Part shown: positions 38,471-48,504 of the stretch, piece by piece | How positions within the stretch are numbered: position 1 is the stretch's first letter | Layout: every line of letters begins with the position of its first letter | Source: a virus | IMG/VR virus record: IMGVR_UViG_3300015370_000013 | Location: 1 to 64,000 of that record | Strand: one strand, 5' to 3' | DNA length: 64,000 nucleotides | Program-made: the position numbers and the translations under genes | Notes under the pieces: model-generated | The model's input: only the letters and a program-made list of their open reading frames with translations | What the model was told of the DNA's origin: nothing | Databases searched by the model: none

Positions 38471-38917
38471 GTGGCCAAAGAAAATGAAACATTCGCCGAA
38501 CTGGTAAACCGCGCACGACAGTTCCCCGAAGATACAGGAAAAGGTGCCAACTCCGAACTTCCTCCAGGGCTTTTGGGATCGTTAGTGCCTCCAGGAGAAC
38601 CACTGGTTAACGGCGATGATTTACGTCATGGCCCGAAAAGAGGCGACCCTAACCACGCCCAGGGTGTACCTAATTACAACTTGGCTGCACACGTTAAACG
38701 TTTCGTCATCGGTGTTCTACCCGCTGAAAAGTTTGGAGACGAGGGGGACGACTGTGACGACTCTATAGCGTATGAAAGCCTCATGAACGACATGCTCCAG
38801 GGACGAGCCATTCCTCGTTGGGAGGAGAAGAATATCCTTCGTAATGGCACACTTGTTATCATCGTTAGTTGGATGACACCTCTCCCTAAAAAAGAAAAAA
38901 AAGAAACCGAGCACTAA
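38471..38917 (+). CDS. Hypothetical protein
   Basis: Follows the portal by 2 nt. Confidence 0.7.
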   Translation: MAKENETFAELVNRARQFPEDTGKGANSELPPGLLGSLVPPGEPLVNGDDLRHGPKRGDPNHAQGVPNYNLAAHVKRFVIGVLPAEKFGDEGDDCDDSIAYESLMNDMLQGRAIPRWEEKNILRNGTLVIIVSWMTPLPKKEKKETEH

Positions 38918-38930
38918 GGCCCGGTTTCTT
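38902..38930. terminator. Possible bidirectional terminator between convergent genes
   Basis: AAGAAACCG/CGGTTTCTT stem. Confidence 0.4.
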
Positions 38931-38985
38931 GTCTACGTAAGCACTCCTAGAGGAGGAGCAAGAGAAACGGTGCAATCCACATAGT

Positions 38986-39753
38986 CTACACCTCCGGGGT
39001 GACGGGGTTGGGGGGAACAGTTTCGGTGAGCTTCTTCTTCTTCTTCTTCTTGGCCGCTTTCAACACATCGGCCATGGCGGCTTGAGTGGTCTTCCATTCA
39101 GACATCTCACTGACGCTCACGCCCATCTTGTGCCCTTGGGCGCGGCTCTCCGCGAGGGCCTCGTTGCGCTTCTTACTGCACGCCTGACACAGGCGTGGGG
39201 GATCATACACGTCCCCTTTCTCCAGCAACCGGTGCTTCCTGATAGCCCTCACAGCCATCCCCACCGTGACCACCACGTCGTTGTTGTGGGGACACCCGAC
39301 GTTCTGCTCGTTGACATCCCTCTTGTATCCCTTGCAGGAACGGCAGAGGACAAATTGCCGGCGCTGCGCTTCGAGCATCTCGCCCCAGCGATGGAGACCT
39401 AACTCCTCCTTGTTTAGGTTCTCCCCGTCGTAGAGTGCGATGAGGAGCTGCATATTGTGGTAGTCCAGGTAGACCGCTTCGCGTGTGCTCAACACGCACT
39501 GCGGCATGCGGGGGAGGTCCAGGGCGTTGGGCTTGCGGTGACCATCCAGCACGAACACACCCAGCTCTTTGGACGCCGCCTCGATCTCATCACACAACTG
39601 AAATAATTCGTCGGACGTCATCTCGACGCCCTCGTTTTGCAGTTCCGCCTGGACCTCGATCAGGCGGTGGTTGTGTCGTGCGTAGAATATCTTACGCAAC
39701 ATGAACAAACTCAGCCCTTTGGGCCACTTAATTAGTGCCATCCACTCCTCCAT
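38986..39753 (-). CDS. Hypothetical Zn-binding protein with Lys-rich tail
   Basis: CRSC..C, PRLCQAC; GC-rich codons; upstream TGGTATAAG. Confidence 0.7.
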   Translation of the reverse strand: MEEWMALIKWPKGLSLFMLRKIFYARHNHRLIEVQAELQNEGVEMTSDELFQLCDEIEAASKELGVFVLDGHRKPNALDLPRMPQCVLSTREAVYLDYHNMQLLIALYDGENLNKEELGLHRWGEMLEAQRRQFVLCRSCKGYKRDVNEQNVGCPHNNDVVVTVGMAVRAIRKHRLLEKGDVYDPPRLCQACSKKRNEALAESRAQGHKMGVSVSEMSEWKTTQAAMADVLKAAKKKKKKKLTETVPPNPVTPEV

Positions 39754-39936
39754 GGTTCGTAGGTTTGTAAGAAAAAAACAACAAAGGGATTGAAAAGATT
39801 GTCAAACCCCCACCGTCAGGTAGGGGGGAAAGAGCACCGTAAGTAGGGGCTTGACACTTACTTATACCAAAAAAAGGGCACCTTTTTGTTTTTTACGGTA
39901 TGCCGTATACTTAGCGCACATACAGGATGTGACCCC

Positions 39937-42900
39937 ATGCCCCGATTGACCTCCACACTCACCGACGCAGTCACTAAACGCGAGGACATCCACCGCAAAG
40001 CAGTGGAAGGTCTACAGGACGTATTTCCTATTCAAGCCGGGGAATTGTCTGTAGAAATCGAAAACCCCTACGTCCAAGCCAAAGACTTTTCCTCTCGTGC
40101 GCAAAAGGACGCCATCCTTCACGGGCACACACTACAGGAGCCCCTGCGGGCAGATGTCTTAATCAAACGGGATGGTAAAGTTATTGACCGAAAAAAAGCG
40201 ATGACCTTGGGTCAAATCCCCTACTTTAATCAGCGACACACCTTCGTAGTGGACGGTAACGAATACAGTGTGTCCAATCAAAAACGCGTACGCCCTGGAG
40301 TATACACGCGGGTGCGTGGAAATGAGCAGCTGGAAGCGGCGTTTAACCTGGGTAAAGGTGAGAACTTTCGAATCAACATGGACCCAGCGAAAGGTCACAT
40401 GTTCCTGCAGTACGGTTCAACTAATATCCCCCTTTACCCTATCCTAAAACAGATGGGAGTGAATGACACGGAGCTGAAGAAACACTGGGGCGCAGGGATG
40501 GTTGACCTCAATCGTGATGCGTTCAAAACGAAACAAGACGCCTCAGTTACTAAGCTATACGAGCGGCTGGTTCCGGCGTATCAACGCACGGCTACTGTCT
40601 CTGACAGTATGGGGCGGGAAATACAGAAGAGGTATCAAGATACACAGCTCGACCCTGAAGTTACGGAAAAGACGCTAGGTAAGGGTTTCAAACACGTCAC
40701 ACCCGAGACCATGATGCTCGCGTCCAAGAAGCTCCTGGACGTACACCGTAAGGGAGAAGATACCGACGACCGTGACAGTCTTGCGTTCCAAACACTGCAC
40801 GGCGTCGAAGACTTCTTGAAAGAACGTATCCAGTTGGAGGGACGACGGTTACAGCGTAAGGTACGCATCAAAGCGAGCAGTCAGCAACAGAACCCCACAG
40901 TCGAAAAGATTATGCCTGCAGCACCATTCACTCGGTCACTTCGCAACTTCCTAACCACTGCGACGCTCTCAGCGATCCCTGCGCAGATTAACCCCATCGA
41001 GATTCTCGACAGTGCGGTGCGTGTCACGTCGCTGGGAGAAGGCGGCATCGGGTCGGAGCGCGCAGTCCCCAGTGAGGCGCGAAGGCTGCACCATACGCAC
41101 TTTGGGGTGCTGGATCCCGGACGTACGCCAGAGTGCCACAGCAGTGACACCGAGGTATACACGAAACAAGGGTGGAAGTACTGGAGTGAGGTCACGGAAC
41201 AAGACCTCCTCGCTTGTAAAATCAACGGACAACCACGCTTTCACCGACCCAAACACTTGGTCGCCATGCACTACTGTGGCCCCATGCTGGGATTAGAAAC
41301 CGAAGAAACGGGGTATCTCGTAACACCCAACCACCGTATGCGGTGTCAGCACCCAAACAAAGCGTCCTGGTGCATCGAATACGCTGAAGATATACACCAC
41401 AAACCGCGTGTTTTTGATATCGGGTACAAAATACCCCATGTAACCGACGAAACCGTACACGGCTATTTCGAACAAGCCTACGACGACCTTGTGTACTGTG
41501 CCGAAGTGCCTGGGGGTTTACTGTATACACGCCGTAAAGGTAAACCGCCCCTTTGGTTAGGCAACTCATTCCGCGCGGGCATCGATCTACGTACATCCAT
41601 CTGGACGAAGAAGGATAACCAAGGACATATGTATACCCTGATGCGTAATGCGCGCACAGGGAAACTCGAAGACGTACCACTCCGTACACTGGAACATTCG
41701 ACCATCGCTTTTTCAGGGGAAGCAGATAAGCAACGTAACGTTAGTGCGATGCGTATGGGTGAAATACGTTCCGTATCGCGTAAAGACGTGGACTATGATT
41801 TACCACACCCGTCGTTCCAGTTCAGTCCCGCGACAAACCTGGTTCCTATGCCTGAAAGCCTACAAGGTAACCGCATCATTTTGGGAAGTAAGATGGCTAC
41901 CCAGGCGTTACCTTTGGTTGGACGGGAGGCCCCTCTCGTACAGGTACAATCCTTCAACCCTGGACGTACTTTTGAACAGGAGTTGGCAGACCGTATTGTG
42001 CCGAGCGCACCGGTCAGCGGCAAAATTAAAAAGATTGATGAGGACTATATCTACTTACGGCCTGACGGGCGTAAAAGCGCTGCTGTGTCGGACTATCCAC
42101 CTTGGTGGGAGACCCAGAGTGTTTTAACGGAGAAGAACGCTGAAGTGGGAGGAGTACCTCTTATCAAAATCCCGTACGATACGAACTTCCCTCTCGCATC
42201 CAAAACGAGATTACACAACACGATCATCGTTAAAGAGGGCGACCACGTTGACGCGAAGCAGCATCTCGCAGGGTCTAATTTCACAAAGGACGGGGTATTA
42301 GCGTTGGGTAAGAACCTCCAGGTCGGCTATATGGCCTACTACGGTGCGAACTCTAACGATGCAGTGGTTATCTCAGCAGGAGGTGCTATCAAACTGACAT
42401 CGGAACACATGTATAAAGAGTCCATAGCGCTTGACGACGATGTGGTGATGGATAAAAACAAACACCGCGCTCGCTTCGGTATGAAATGGACTGCGAAGCA
42501 GTATGACAACCTGGATGAAAAAGGCGTAGCTAAGTCCGGTGTCACGGTGCAGCCGGGAGACCCCATCATTATTGTATTGCGTAAAACACAACCCACCGCC
42601 GAACAAAAGATGTTAGGTAAGTTGCACAGGTCCCTAACGATGCCTTTTCGAGAGGACGTGGTGACGTGGGAGCACAAGTCACCGGGTACAGTTATGGACG
42701 TTGTAGTGACGCCGCGCCGTGTTCTTGTTACGGTTGCTACTGAAGAAGCTGCGGGAGTAGGCGACAAATTAAGTGGACGTTACGGCAACAAAGGAGTTAT
42801 CTCTCAAATCATACCCGATGATCAGATGGTCCAAACACCCGACGGTAAACCTATAGATATCTTAATGACCTCGGCGGGTATCGTTTCACGTATTAATCCC

Positions 42901-45900
42901 GCGCAGATCATTGAAACAGCCGTCAGCAAGGTAGCGGAGAAGACCGGAAAACCTATCGTTGTTCCGTCGATGTCTGGACGCGATAACGTTAAATGGGCAC
43001 GAGGGCTCCTAAAAGAACACGGGCTCTCGGATAAAGAAATCCTGTACAACCCAGTCACTGGAAAGAACATCGTAGGTCCCGACGGTAAGGGGGTAATGAC
43101 CGGGAAACAGTACATCTATAAGTTGTTCAAATCGACGGATACAAACTACGCGGCTCGGGGTATTCAAGACTACGATATCAACTTGCAACCGTCCAAAGGA
43201 GGCACAACCGGTGCTAAATCACTAGGACGCATGGAGATCGACGCGCTCATCGCCCATAACGCACGCGACGTGCTGCGTGAGGCATCTACGATAAAGAGCT
43301 CCAGAAACGATGAGTTCTGGACGCGTTACCAGCTAGGGCAGGCACCGCCCAAGATGCAGACGTCTTTTGCCTACAACAAGTTTACAGACATGTTGCAAGG
43401 TGCCGGGATCAAGATCGACAAGAGTAATGAGAAGCTAACCTTGGGGCCTATGACTGACGCAGACATTACAAAAGTCTCAGCCGGAGCGCTAACCAAGGCC
43501 ACCATGATCCGCGAGAAGGATTTCACACCGGAGAGAGGTGGGCTCTTCGACCCTGTAATCACAGGAGGCACACAGGGCAACAGGTGGAGCCATATCGCTC
43601 TCACCGAACCCCTTATTAACCCCACGTTCGAGGACCCTGTGCGTCGGTTGCTGGGAATGACCAAACAGCAATTCCGTGACACTTTACGCAGTAAAGGGGG
43701 AGGCCATATCCAGCAGCAGCTCAAGGACATTGACGTCACGCAACGAGAGAAGGAGCTTCGTGCAGTCAACCAGACGGCTACCGGTGCGACCCTGGACCAG
43801 TCTGTGAAGCAACTCAAGGCGTTACGGGCGTTGCGCAAGATCGGACTCAGCCCTGACCAAGCGTACGTCGTGAATAAACTTGCGGTTGTTCCCCCTGTAG
43901 TGCGTCCCATCCTCCCTTCCCAAGGTAGACGGGACCTTCTCATCGCCGATGCTAATTACCTGTATCGAGACGCGATGCTTGCCAACGACGCGCTGGCCAT
44001 GGCCAAAAAAGACCTACCCGATGAAGTAGTGGGTGACGCACGCATGGGGTTATACGACTCTACACGTGCGCTATTTGGGCTGGCAGCGCCGGTAAGCCCC
44101 CAGCTACAAGCACGCGATGCGAAGGGCTTCATCACGACCATCGCCGGACAGGGGTCTCCCAAACGAGGCTTCTTCCACGGAAAGGTCATCAAGCGGCCCC
44201 AGAACTTGTCGGGACGCGGCACGGCAGCTCCCGATATGACCCTCGACATGGATCAGGTGGGCCTACCTGAAGAGATGCTGTGGGCCACCTACGAACCGCA
44301 TATTGTGCGGCGCATGGTGCAGAACGGCTACAAGGCGATGCTTGCCAAAGAGATGGTGGAAGCCCGCCACTCCGTCGCCCGAGACGCACTCATGGTAGAG
44401 ACGAAGCTGCGCCCGGTGATCATCAACAGGGCACCTACGCTGCATCGTTTTGGGATGGTCGGTGCGCACCCTGTACCTGTCCCTGGGATGACAATCAGGG
44501 TTAATCCGTTTATTGAGAAAGGGCTCAACCTCGATTTTGACGGGGATTCGGTCGATTGTGACCTTGACACATACCAAAAAAGTGAGTATATTCGACTCCA
44601 CATTAGTAATTTCCCCCGACAGGAGTCGAGTATGGAACGTAAAGACAACAAAGAAACATACACCGTGCCTCCCGGAATCCAAGTCTTCAGCTACGACGAA
44701 GGCACTAGACGCGCCGTACTACGCGACGTGACCCACTTCTCCGTACACCACGACCTGGAGATGTTAGACGTCGCACTCTCGTCGAAGCGGCACGTCAAGG
44801 TATCTCGCGACGCCAGTATGTACGCCGTAAATCCAGATACTTGGGTTCTTGAACGTGTTAACGCAGAAGACGCCATTGGTTGGGCCACACCGCGTCCTCG
44901 TTACCTACACCAGGAGCGTACGCCGCTTGAAACAGTGGCACTCCCTAAACACACATGGACGTTGGACGCCGCGTTAGGTCAGTTTTTGGGCACCTTCGTG
45001 GGCGATGGTTGGGTGTCCGGTGAAATGTCAAAACACCGTGAGAACCCGTACTGGTATTGGAAAACGGTGGGCCTCGCCAACACCGAAGTTGAGATTAAAG
45101 ATGCGTACGTTCAGTACGCTCAAACGCTCATGTCCGAACCGTTGAACGCTTTGCGCTACGACACCAAAGCCACGGACAAGGGGAGTTATGGTGACTCTAC
45201 TAAATATCACTTAAATTCAATGGAGCTAGCGAGTAAAGTAGCCGAACTGATGGACGATGTACGTGGTGCACACAATAAACACCTCCCCCGCTGTTTCGTC
45301 AACGCACCCCGTCCGTTTCTTCTCGGCCTACTGGGTGGGCTCATCGATACCGACGGGAGTATCTCTAAAGTCCAGGCCAAAGCCAAACCGAAGCCCCAGT
45401 GGATGTGTAATTACACGAGCGTGTCCAAACGTTTAGTCGATGAGATTGCGGTACTCCTGACTATGCTCGGGGTTAAGAGCGGTATCAACCACAACAAACT
45501 ACGAGAGGGGAAACGCCAAGCGTATACGTTGACAATCTCACTGCCAGACCTAGCACGTATCGGACACGAAATACCTCTCGCTAGCACACACAAACGTGAA
45601 CTCCTACAACAGATGGTCACCGAATTTGACCAAGAGAGCGTGTACAACATGCGTTGGGATAATGTACCTATATCTACTGAGACGGCACTAGCGCTGGCAT
45701 GTGCTGTAGGTAGCCCCAAACACGGCGACACCCCTGAAAAACGAGCACGTATAACACTATATATGCAACTCCACAAAAGTAAGAAAAACCAGCGACTCTC
45801 TCGCCTCGCCCTTCAACGTACCGTTGATTGCCTCGGAGCGGAGCACGTCATCGCTGAGGGAGGGGAGAACTGGTTCAACCTCGTCACAAACGAAAACATC

Positions 45901-46269
45901 TTTTTTGATTTCATTGAAGAAGCAAACCAACTCCCCGGGCGCCACACCGCGTGGGATTTAACGGTGCCTGGTAGCAACACTTTCATGACGTCCAACCAGG
46001 TCGTTGTGTACGACACCCTCCAAATCCACGTACCCGTCTCAGACGGTGCGATCAAGGACACCAAGAGCATCACCCTCTCCAACCAGCTATTTGGGGACAA
46101 AACCAAGTCAGATCTGCTAGTATTCCCACAGCACGAAGCGATCATTGGGATCCACGAGGCGAGCCGTGCTACTGGTGGTAAACTGCAGAAGTTCAAGACG
46201 ACAGCCGACGCGCTCGCTGCGTACAAGCGTGGTGAGATCAAGATCGAAGATAAAGTGGAAATAGGATGA
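39937..46269 (+). CDS. Phage multisubunit RNA polymerase: beta fused to the N-terminal half of beta', with two inteins
   Basis: beta: FVVDGNEY, GRTPE/S..G, GSKMATQA, GDKLSGRYGNKG, LGRME; beta': GGLFD, VVPP..RP, SGR, NRAPTLH, NLDFDGD. Confidence 0.93.
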   Translation: MPRLTSTLTDAVTKREDIHRKAVEGLQDVFPIQAGELSVEIENPYVQAKDFSSRAQKDAILHGHTLQEPLRADVLIKRDGKVIDRKKAMTLGQIPYFNQRHTFVVDGNEYSVSNQKRVRPGVYTRVRGNEQLEAAFNLGKGENFRINMDPAKGHMFLQYGSTNIPLYPILKQMGVNDTELKKHWGAGMVDLNRDAFKTKQDASVTKLYERLVPAYQRTATVSDSMGREIQKRYQDTQLDPEVTEKTLGKGFKHVTPETMMLASKKLLDVHRKGEDTDDRDSLAFQTLHGVEDFLKERIQLEGRRLQRKVRIKASSQQQNPTVEKIMPAAPFTRSLRNFLTTATLSAIPAQINPIEILDSAVRVTSLGEGGIGSERAVPSEARRLHHTHFGVLDPGRTPECHSSDTEVYTKQGWKYWSEVTEQDLLACKINGQPRFHRPKHLVAMHYCGPMLGLETEETGYLVTPNHRMRCQHPNKASWCIEYAEDIHHKPRVFDIGYKIPHVTDETVHGYFEQAYDDLVYCAEVPGGLLYTRRKGKPPLWLGNSFRAGIDLRTSIWTKKDNQGHMYTLMRNARTGKLEDVPLRTLEHSTIAFSGEADKQRNVSAMRMGEIRSVSRKDVDYDLPHPSFQFSPATNLVPMPESLQGNRIILGSKMATQALPLVGREAPLVQVQSFNPGRTFEQELADRIVPSAPVSGKIKKIDEDYIYLRPDGRKSAAVSDYPPWWETQSVLTEKNAEVGGVPLIKIPYDTNFPLASKTRLHNTIIVKEGDHVDAKQHLAGSNFTKDGVLALGKNLQVGYMAYYGANSNDAVVISAGGAIKLTSEHMYKESIALDDDVVMDKNKHRARFGMKWTAKQYDNLDEKGVAKSGVTVQPGDPIIIVLRKTQPTAEQKMLGKLHRSLTMPFREDVVTWEHKSPGTVMDVVVTPRRVLVTVATEEAAGVGDKLSGRYGNKGVISQIIPDDQMVQTPDGKPIDILMTSAGIVSRINPAQIIETAVSKVAEKTGKPIVVPSMSGRDNVKWARGLLKEHGLSDKEILYNPVTGKNIVGPDGKGVMTGKQYIYKLFKSTDTNYAARGIQDYDINLQPSKGGTTGAKSLGRMEIDALIAHNARDVLREASTIKSSRNDEFWTRYQLGQAPPKMQTSFAYNKFTDMLQGAGIKIDKSNEKLTLGPMTDADITKVSAGALTKATMIREKDFTPERGGLFDPVITGGTQGNRWSHIALTEPLINPTFEDPVRRLLGMTKQQFRDTLRSKGGGHIQQQLKDIDVTQREKELRAVNQTATGATLDQSVKQLKALRALRKIGLSPDQAYVVNKLAVVPPVVRPILPSQGRRDLLIADANYLYRDAMLANDALAMAKKDLPDEVVGDARMGLYDSTRALFGLAAPVSPQLQARDAKGFITTIAGQGSPKRGFFHGKVIKRPQNLSGRGTAAPDMTLDMDQVGLPEEMLWATYEPHIVRRMVQNGYKAMLAKEMVEARHSVARDALMVETKLRPVIINRAPTLHRFGMVGAHPVPVPGMTIRVNPFIEKGLNLDFDGDSVDCDLDTYQKSEYIRLHISNFPRQESSMERKDNKETYTVPPGIQVFSYDEGTRRAVLRDVTHFSVHHDLEMLDVALSSKRHVKVSRDASMYAVNPDTWVLERVNAEDAIGWATPRPRYLHQERTPLETVALPKHTWTLDAALGQFLGTFVGDGWVSGEMSKHRENPYWYWKTVGLANTEVEIKDAYVQYAQTLMSEPLNALRYDTKATDKGSYGDSTKYHLNSMELASKVAELMDDVRGAHNKHLPRCFVNAPRPFLLGLLGGLIDTDGSISKVQAKAKPKPQWMCNYTSVSKRLVDEIAVLLTMLGVKSGINHNKLREGKRQAYTLTISLPDLARIGHEIPLASTHKRELLQQMVTEFDQESVYNMRWDNVPISTETALALACAVGSPKHGDTPEKRARITLYMQLHKSKKNQRLSRLALQRTVDCLGAEHVIAEGGENWFNLVTNENIFFDFIEEANQLPGRHTAWDLTVPGSNTFMTSNQVVVYDTLQIHVPVSDGAIKDTKSITLSNQLFGDKTKSDLLVFPQHEAIIGIHEASRATGGKLQKFKTTADALAAYKRGEIKIEDKVEIG
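41134..41565 (+). mobile_element. Mini-intein (144 aa) in the RNAP beta part
   Basis: TPE|CHSSDTEVYT..VTPNHRM..VYCAEVP..WLGN|S; removal restores TPES..G. Confidence 0.9.
44548..46014 (+). mobile_element. LAGLIDADG-containing intein (489 aa) inserted right after the catalytic DFDGD
   Basis: DFDGD|SVDCD...LGTFVGDG...LGGLIDTDG...AWDLTVPGSNTF..VVVYD|TLQIH. Confidence 0.88.
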
Positions 46270-47168
46270 GCCTCGCACCCGAAGTACTACAAGACGTCGC
46301 ACGCAACACGCTCGTTACTACTTTAGGCTTGGGTCGGCGTGATGCGCCCACCGCTTTACTGCGTAAAACACTCACCAAAGCCAAGGAAGACGGTCAAATC
46401 GCAGCGCTGGAGGACGTTGGGTTGGAGCAGCAAGCAAAGCAAGCCGAGAATAGAGAAAGTACACTAGAGAAGTGTGGCTTCAGTATTCCAAGTGCAGTAC
46501 GTCTAGGGCTTATCGGTAGTGCACTGGGTGCCGGTACAGGTGCGCTGATCGGGTCACAGGTGGGTGGGGGTAACGCACTGACAGGTGGACTTATCGGTGG
46601 AGGCACAGGTGCGCTACTCGGAGCAGCCCCTGGACTCACAACGGCGTTTCGGCAACACAGGGCTTCGGTCCGTCGGGCATATCTAGAGAAGTGGACCCAG
46701 AAAGCGACGAAGGACTACGCACAGCAGCTCGATGATGAACTGTTACAGTGGGAGGCCCAAAGAGCGGTCCGCGCCCAACAAAATGCCAAGGAACTACAAC
46801 GATTACAGAAAATACACGATGCACTACCACCCCTGGTAAAGTTTAGCTTTAACCGCAGTGGTGGTTTTGGTAGCCCCTTCAGCGCAGGGGCGGGGAGTGC
46901 TATTCAAGACATCATCGGTCCTCCCAAAATACCAAAACCCATGGGACCCCAGGTAGCCAAGCCGCCGCAACCCGGTGCGATGGCAAAAGCACCCACAACC
47001 ATGGCACCTACAACCGCGACCGCACCGAAGATTCCCAAGGTGCCGGAGCTACCCAAACCTCTAAAAGCGCTACCTCCTCCTACAGCACCTAACGTTGCAG
47101 CGGGCGCAACACCTAACGGTGGGATTACAATGAGTGCCAAGGTGGCGTGGGCGGTGTTGGGGTTATGA
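46266..47168 (+). CDS. Glycine-zipper / Pro-rich putative virion (ejection) protein
   Basis: GSALGAGTGALIG...GGLIGGGTGALLG; Pro-rich C-terminus. Confidence 0.6.
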   Translation: MSLAPEVLQDVARNTLVTTLGLGRRDAPTALLRKTLTKAKEDGQIAALEDVGLEQQAKQAENRESTLEKCGFSIPSAVRLGLIGSALGAGTGALIGSQVGGGNALTGGLIGGGTGALLGAAPGLTTAFRQHRASVRRAYLEKWTQKATKDYAQQLDDELLQWEAQRAVRAQQNAKELQRLQKIHDALPPLVKFSFNRSGGFGSPFSAGAGSAIQDIIGPPKIPKPMGPQVAKPPQPGAMAKAPTTMAPTTATAPKIPKVPELPKPLKALPPPTAPNVAAGATPNGGITMSAKVAWAVLGL

Positions 47169-48439
47169 GCTTCGAAGACGGGGAATATGCGGCGCTAGAG
47201 GTGTTGGGGTTCGCCCCCGGCATCCCCAATCGCACCACCTCCAAGCTACCCACCATCACCCGTAAGACACAGAACCAGTGGGTGATGGCGGTGCAGTCGC
47301 ATAAGGCCCGGCAGCATCACTTCGACCTACGCCTCGTCGACCCTGATGCAGGAAAGGCACACTCCTGGGCTATCCCCAAGGCACGTTTGCCTGAACCGGG
47401 ACAGAAACTCCTTGCAGTGCAGACCTTCACGCACACACCGGAATACGCACTTCATTTCGGAGAGGGAAAACCAGCGACCATCGGTAAGGGATACGGTGCG
47501 GGGACGGTTCATCTCAAAATGAAGAACCCGATTGAGCTTATTGAGTCCACACAGAATAAGGTTCGTTTCGGCCTCAAGCAAGAAGAGTTTCTCTTGCGAC
47601 GAACTAATAAAGATAAGTGGCTGTTGATGAACGTGACGCAGCAACAGGAGAAGGAAGCGACGATGACATACTACACCAAAGGCCGCGACGCAGCATTGCA
47701 GAAACTGGGAGGCGTAGGCGGTGCACTGCGTACGCTATTCACAGGACGTGTGCCACTCTATCACGGCACGTCCACAGCACGCGCTGCGAAGATATTAGAA
47801 GAAGGTCTAATACCGCAAGCAGCGGAGGGTGCCACTGCAAACGTACTTAAAAACGTATCTGCAGGTATGGCAGAAGCCATGCAACCGTGGCAAATGGCTG
47901 AACGCAATTTAGCCTTTACTACACGCAACCCCACTTTAGCTAAAACGTACGGTATGCAACAAGCAGGGCGTGATCGTTACGATCGTCTAGGTACAGCTCT
48001 ACAACGTGTATTAGGTGAACAAGGGTCTCCCCTACAGATGAACGCAATCAATCTCCTCGGTATCCTCCCTGGTGGAAAACGAGCTCTTCGGGCTAACGTC
48101 CCCCGAAGCTACATACACAACGCTGAACATCTTTCACTAGAAGCGCGGTTGAACCCAGGTTTTATAGACTACCGTGCCCGTGTGCAGCATGCAAACCCTA
48201 CAGTGAAGCGTCTTTTACAGGAAACAACCGCGATGCCCTACGCGACAGACGTCGTCTTAAAGGGCGGTGTTCCTGCAAAATATTTTCGGGGATCCCCACA
48301 GTATCAGGGCGTAACACCTTCGGAACTAACACAGCATTTTCGCGAAGCTGTGTCTAATCCGAGGCAGTTAGGTGGAGACGTTTTACGATCTTTGACGGGT
48401 TACTCTCACCGCCCTGGTACCTTAATTAAAGGCCCGTAA
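47165..48439 (+). CDS. Fusion of LigD-type 3'-phosphoesterase and ADP-ribosyltransferase-like domains
   Basis: VQSHKARQHHFDLRL..SWAIPK..LAVQT..H..EY..GYGAG; LYHGTS..ILEEGLIP..AFTT. Confidence 0.7.
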   Translation: MSFEDGEYAALEVLGFAPGIPNRTTSKLPTITRKTQNQWVMAVQSHKARQHHFDLRLVDPDAGKAHSWAIPKARLPEPGQKLLAVQTFTHTPEYALHFGEGKPATIGKGYGAGTVHLKMKNPIELIESTQNKVRFGLKQEEFLLRRTNKDKWLLMNVTQQQEKEATMTYYTKGRDAALQKLGGVGGALRTLFTGRVPLYHGTSTARAAKILEEGLIPQAAEGATANVLKNVSAGMAEAMQPWQMAERNLAFTTRNPTLAKTYGMQQAGRDRYDRLGTALQRVLGEQGSPLQMNAINLLGILPGGKRALRANVPRSYIHNAEHLSLEARLNPGFIDYRARVQHANPTVKRLLQETTAMPYATDVVLKGGVPAKYFRGSPQYQGVTPSELTQHFREAVSNPRQLGGDVLRSLTGYSHRPGTLIKGP

Positions 48440-48504
48440 TAAACATTGCCCTTTACTCCGTAAACCCTTACGCTTCCCCTTAACAACACCAAGGAGATCT
48501 ACCT

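Noticed and set aside
34102-39050. (TTC)n microsatellites at ~34102 and ~39031
   Set aside because: They encode poly-Glu and poly-Lys tracts in minus-strand genes.
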